DNA of 64,000 nt, from assembly GCA_043228905.1 (NCBI GenBank), contig JBHGNT010000001.1:4836001-4900000 (forward strand), written 5' to 3'. The notes beneath the pieces were generated by a model, which worked only from the letters and a program-made list of their open reading frames with translations, ran no database searches and had not been told where the DNA came from. The position numbers and the translations under genes were made by a program. This stretch comes from Azolla caroliniana. Lineage: Eukaryota > Plantae > Polypodiophyta. Below, in pieces: positions 60,960 to 64,000 of the stretch (positions are counted from its first letter, which is position 1; the number at the start of each line of letters is the position of its first letter).

Positions 60960-63700
60960 AATTAGGAGAAACAGTTACATCCCCATGAAGTTGTTCTATA
61001 ATGATAAAATATCCACAAATCTAACTGACAAATGGGTGACAATTTGCTGAATAAAATTTGAGGTTCGGTTGAAAGGTTTATGGATACATTTGTGTGATCA
61101 TATGAAGTTGAATGTGGCCACAAAATAGTGTTCCCTTCTTCATTTACATATGCAATTCTGTACACAACAGCTTCCCTCATGACTTCACATACATATTATG
61201 ATACAGATAAGCCCAGACTAACAAGAAAATACAATTTCTTCCCAGATGCAACATATTCATAATGATTGTTACAATGTTTAGATCGAGAACCACTTTTTCA
61301 GGCATCCACATTTTTAATTAATTTTTCCTTTTTCTAAACTTAGTTGCAAGAATTTGATTTCATTGAAAATACATCCTCCAACTCCAAAAATTGTACTCTA
61401 TAAATATGAAACTGTCAGTCAAAATCCGACAGTCTTAAGTAGGACATGATAAAAGCTTGAAGAGAGTAGTGAAAATCAGATGAGCCATCGTTAACCACAA
61501 TGTCAACTTTAACCAGCTAGTTCAGTAAGGCTTAACATATGAGAATTCATTATCCGAAGCTATAACTATATTGTGAGGTGAGAAAATAGCTATAATAATT
61601 CATGAATATGATTTGCAAATCAACCTTTATGTTTATCCAATATCCATGTATTAAAATTGTTACGCTGTGACCAAGCAATTACAACCTTTTACATAGCAGT
61701 TGAGAATTTAAGCTTATAGCAGTTGAGATGTCAAGACTTCAAGAAGATTTTTTGTAACTCAGATTTTCAAGATGTATTGTTGGGGCTTTACTAACTGAAT
61801 GAATAAAGATGTACAAAAATCTCGATTTCAGTATATTACAATTGAATACTTCTTACAAACTGGGCAGCATAACGAACAGAGAGTGTTTTCCGCGCTTCAG
61901 CCCAGGAGCCAGCTTGTTTCATAAGGTTTTCACGGTCAACATGAAAAGTTAGTAGTGGTAGACCAGCCCTTTCTTTAGAAGTCTGCATTTCTTCGACACA
62001 TAAGAGAAAGTTCTGTAGATCTAAATGATGTAAGGTCAAAATTGAGCCAAACAGATCAAATTCCTGGTCATCAATCTCCTTTGTACTTGATGTGAGGTTT
62101 ATCACACACATAATCACATTTTCAGGTAAATCCTGCAAAACCAGACCTCTTTTTGTCTTTTGTTCGTAAATATACACTCTTTCTTTTGAAAAGCATATGA
62201 TGCAGGATTCTTGATTGGCCGATCCTACCTTTACTTTAGGTCAAAGAGATTTCTTGTAGCAATGGCAAAGGATCATATCATGTTAACAATCTAAATCTAT
62301 CCAATGTACCCCAAGATTATGATCTGCTATTGGAGATGTAGAATTTGTACATCTAATCATGCCCAAATTCAGCCCACTATAGCACGCAAATTATACAGGA
62401 ATATATTCAATTTCTTTTTTACGCAAACAATCTAGCAAATCAATTGACTACATATTTAATTTGAAAATATCTGCATCTAAAGATAGACATGTAATTTTGT
62501 TCTTGGCATATCAGAGGCAATCCAAAGAACCAGAAGCTATATCAAGATAAAGGTTCAGCTTAGCTTACCATCATAGTTATTTCCTCCATACTTGAGCCTC
62601 CTTCAATCACCAAAACATAGCGCAGTTGCCAGTTCTTTGCCAGCTCCTCTACAATTACTTTCAGATACTTGCTTTCATTCTTCGGCATAAACACTGCTCT
62701 AAGTTTCCCAGCTATTACAAAGCCATACAAGGCTGAATAAACCAGCCAAGTCTTTCCAGAACCATTTGGACCTTGCTGCAACAACACGCATGGTTTTAGA
62801 ATTTATAATTCTTGTTTTTCCATTATTATTTCATCACCTACAGTAGGTTACGCACCACCAATATATGCAAGGCAGGTTGCTTTGAAGAATGCCTTTCAAA
62901 TTCCTTTAACAGTTTCTCATGATGTTTTAAATGAATACTCAGTCTGCAAGCTTGTCCAAATCTATGAAAATCATGATCAGGAAGCAGTTTCCCTCCCTTG
63001 CACAGCAGTGCTGCAAAGATCACCAGAATAGTCTCTTTCAGAGAAGGATAAGAAAAATGAAGATACACAATTAAAGAGACGGGAGAAAACGAAGTTTCAG
63101 GCATGGGCATTTAAGATTCAAGACTGAGCGAATAGCGGGTATCTCAACACAAATATGACATGTCAACCATCAACCATGACATATAAGTTTGAGAAGAAAG
63201 AGAACGAAGTTCAATGGTTAGATTCTATCCCTGCTTTTCCAAAGCATTATCCGTGACTTATCTCATCCTAGGGAGCAGTAGAAACTCCTGTTTTATTGAT
63301 GTCTGACCTTGTAGTATGTGAAAGCAGTCATCATCTTTCCACATATTAGTGGAATTTTATACAGAAATATTCTCTATTTTGATCCTCAGTTTTTCTCTTA
63401 TGACTGATCAAAAAGCTTTCTTAATATAAGCAAAGAATCAGTGAATGGACATTCTTTATGAATAAAACCTAAAACTTTACTCATATACTTTCCCAGATGC
63501 CATTTGTTCTTACAGTCCTCATATGGAGCATGTGTTAAGCCTTGAATCAGCATTGTACTGTAGATCATGTACTGAGGATTCCAATTGTAGAGTGTATCAA
63601 CACATAATAATGGTTTCATATCTCCTGCCTTATAATAGTTTTGTTTTCATGCCAATCATTTTGGCAATCCTAATTTTTTCCCGTTTTAAAAGGAAATCTA
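60960..63700 (-). pseudogene. Decayed long reading frame encoding a P-loop NTPase-containing protein of unknown family (ends approximate; may extend beyond the window)
   Basis: Minus-strand ORF pieces 63398-63619, 62838-63110, 62560-62787, 61836-62177 and 60962-61180 are linked by protein-like frames broken by isolated stops and frameshifts rather than by clear introns. Walker A motif VLLQQGPNGSGKT at ~62750-62790. Confidence 0.5.
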
Positions 63701-64000
63701 TATCCATTCTGCGGCTGTCGAACACGTTTACAGAATTAATGTGCATAACTTAAATGCTTCTACGAAACAATTTGGGGTTTCAAATAACACCCACATATAA
63801 GTGCCAGCAGATTTAACCATTATATTTCTTCACATTTTAGGTTTCCTTAAATAGCTATTTGGAAACCAAGACTCGTGATTTAAAGTTTGAGCTAACTAAA
63901 TTTATTGCATCTTAAATGCATTTCAAGACGAGATTAGGTGAAAGGACCTTGTTAGTTCAAAAGAACTGTGAAACTACAAAGGACCATGCCATGATTCACA

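Overview
Eukaryotic nuclear DNA from a land plant: AT-rich, GT-AG introns, many microsatellites. A fern is likely, inferred from the PPR style and repeat content but not proven. The first ~25 kb is transposon-rich. It holds a decayed Ty1/copia RT-RNaseH plus 3' LTR abutting a decayed Ty3/gypsy pol, a solo LTR with a 5-bp TSD, and several 5'-truncated LINE tails, two with long TSDs. Two host genes lie in this part: an MSR-type O-fucosyltransferase-family gene and a small DUF7722-like gene. From 26 to 60 kb is a gene-dense block: a stand-alone plastid copper chaperone (PCH1-like, the PAA1 N-terminus only), HVA22k, COX10, an 891-aa apparently intronless protein with a very divergent AP2/ERF-like domain, a PLS-E class PPR, an uncharacterised S/K/R-rich coiled-coil gene and MGST3. 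The last ~3.5 kb is a decayed long reading frame with a Walker A motif, family unknown. Exon structures were built by hand from splice sites, phase and remembered homologues; no database search was run. No CRISPR array, rRNA or intact tRNA gene was seen.
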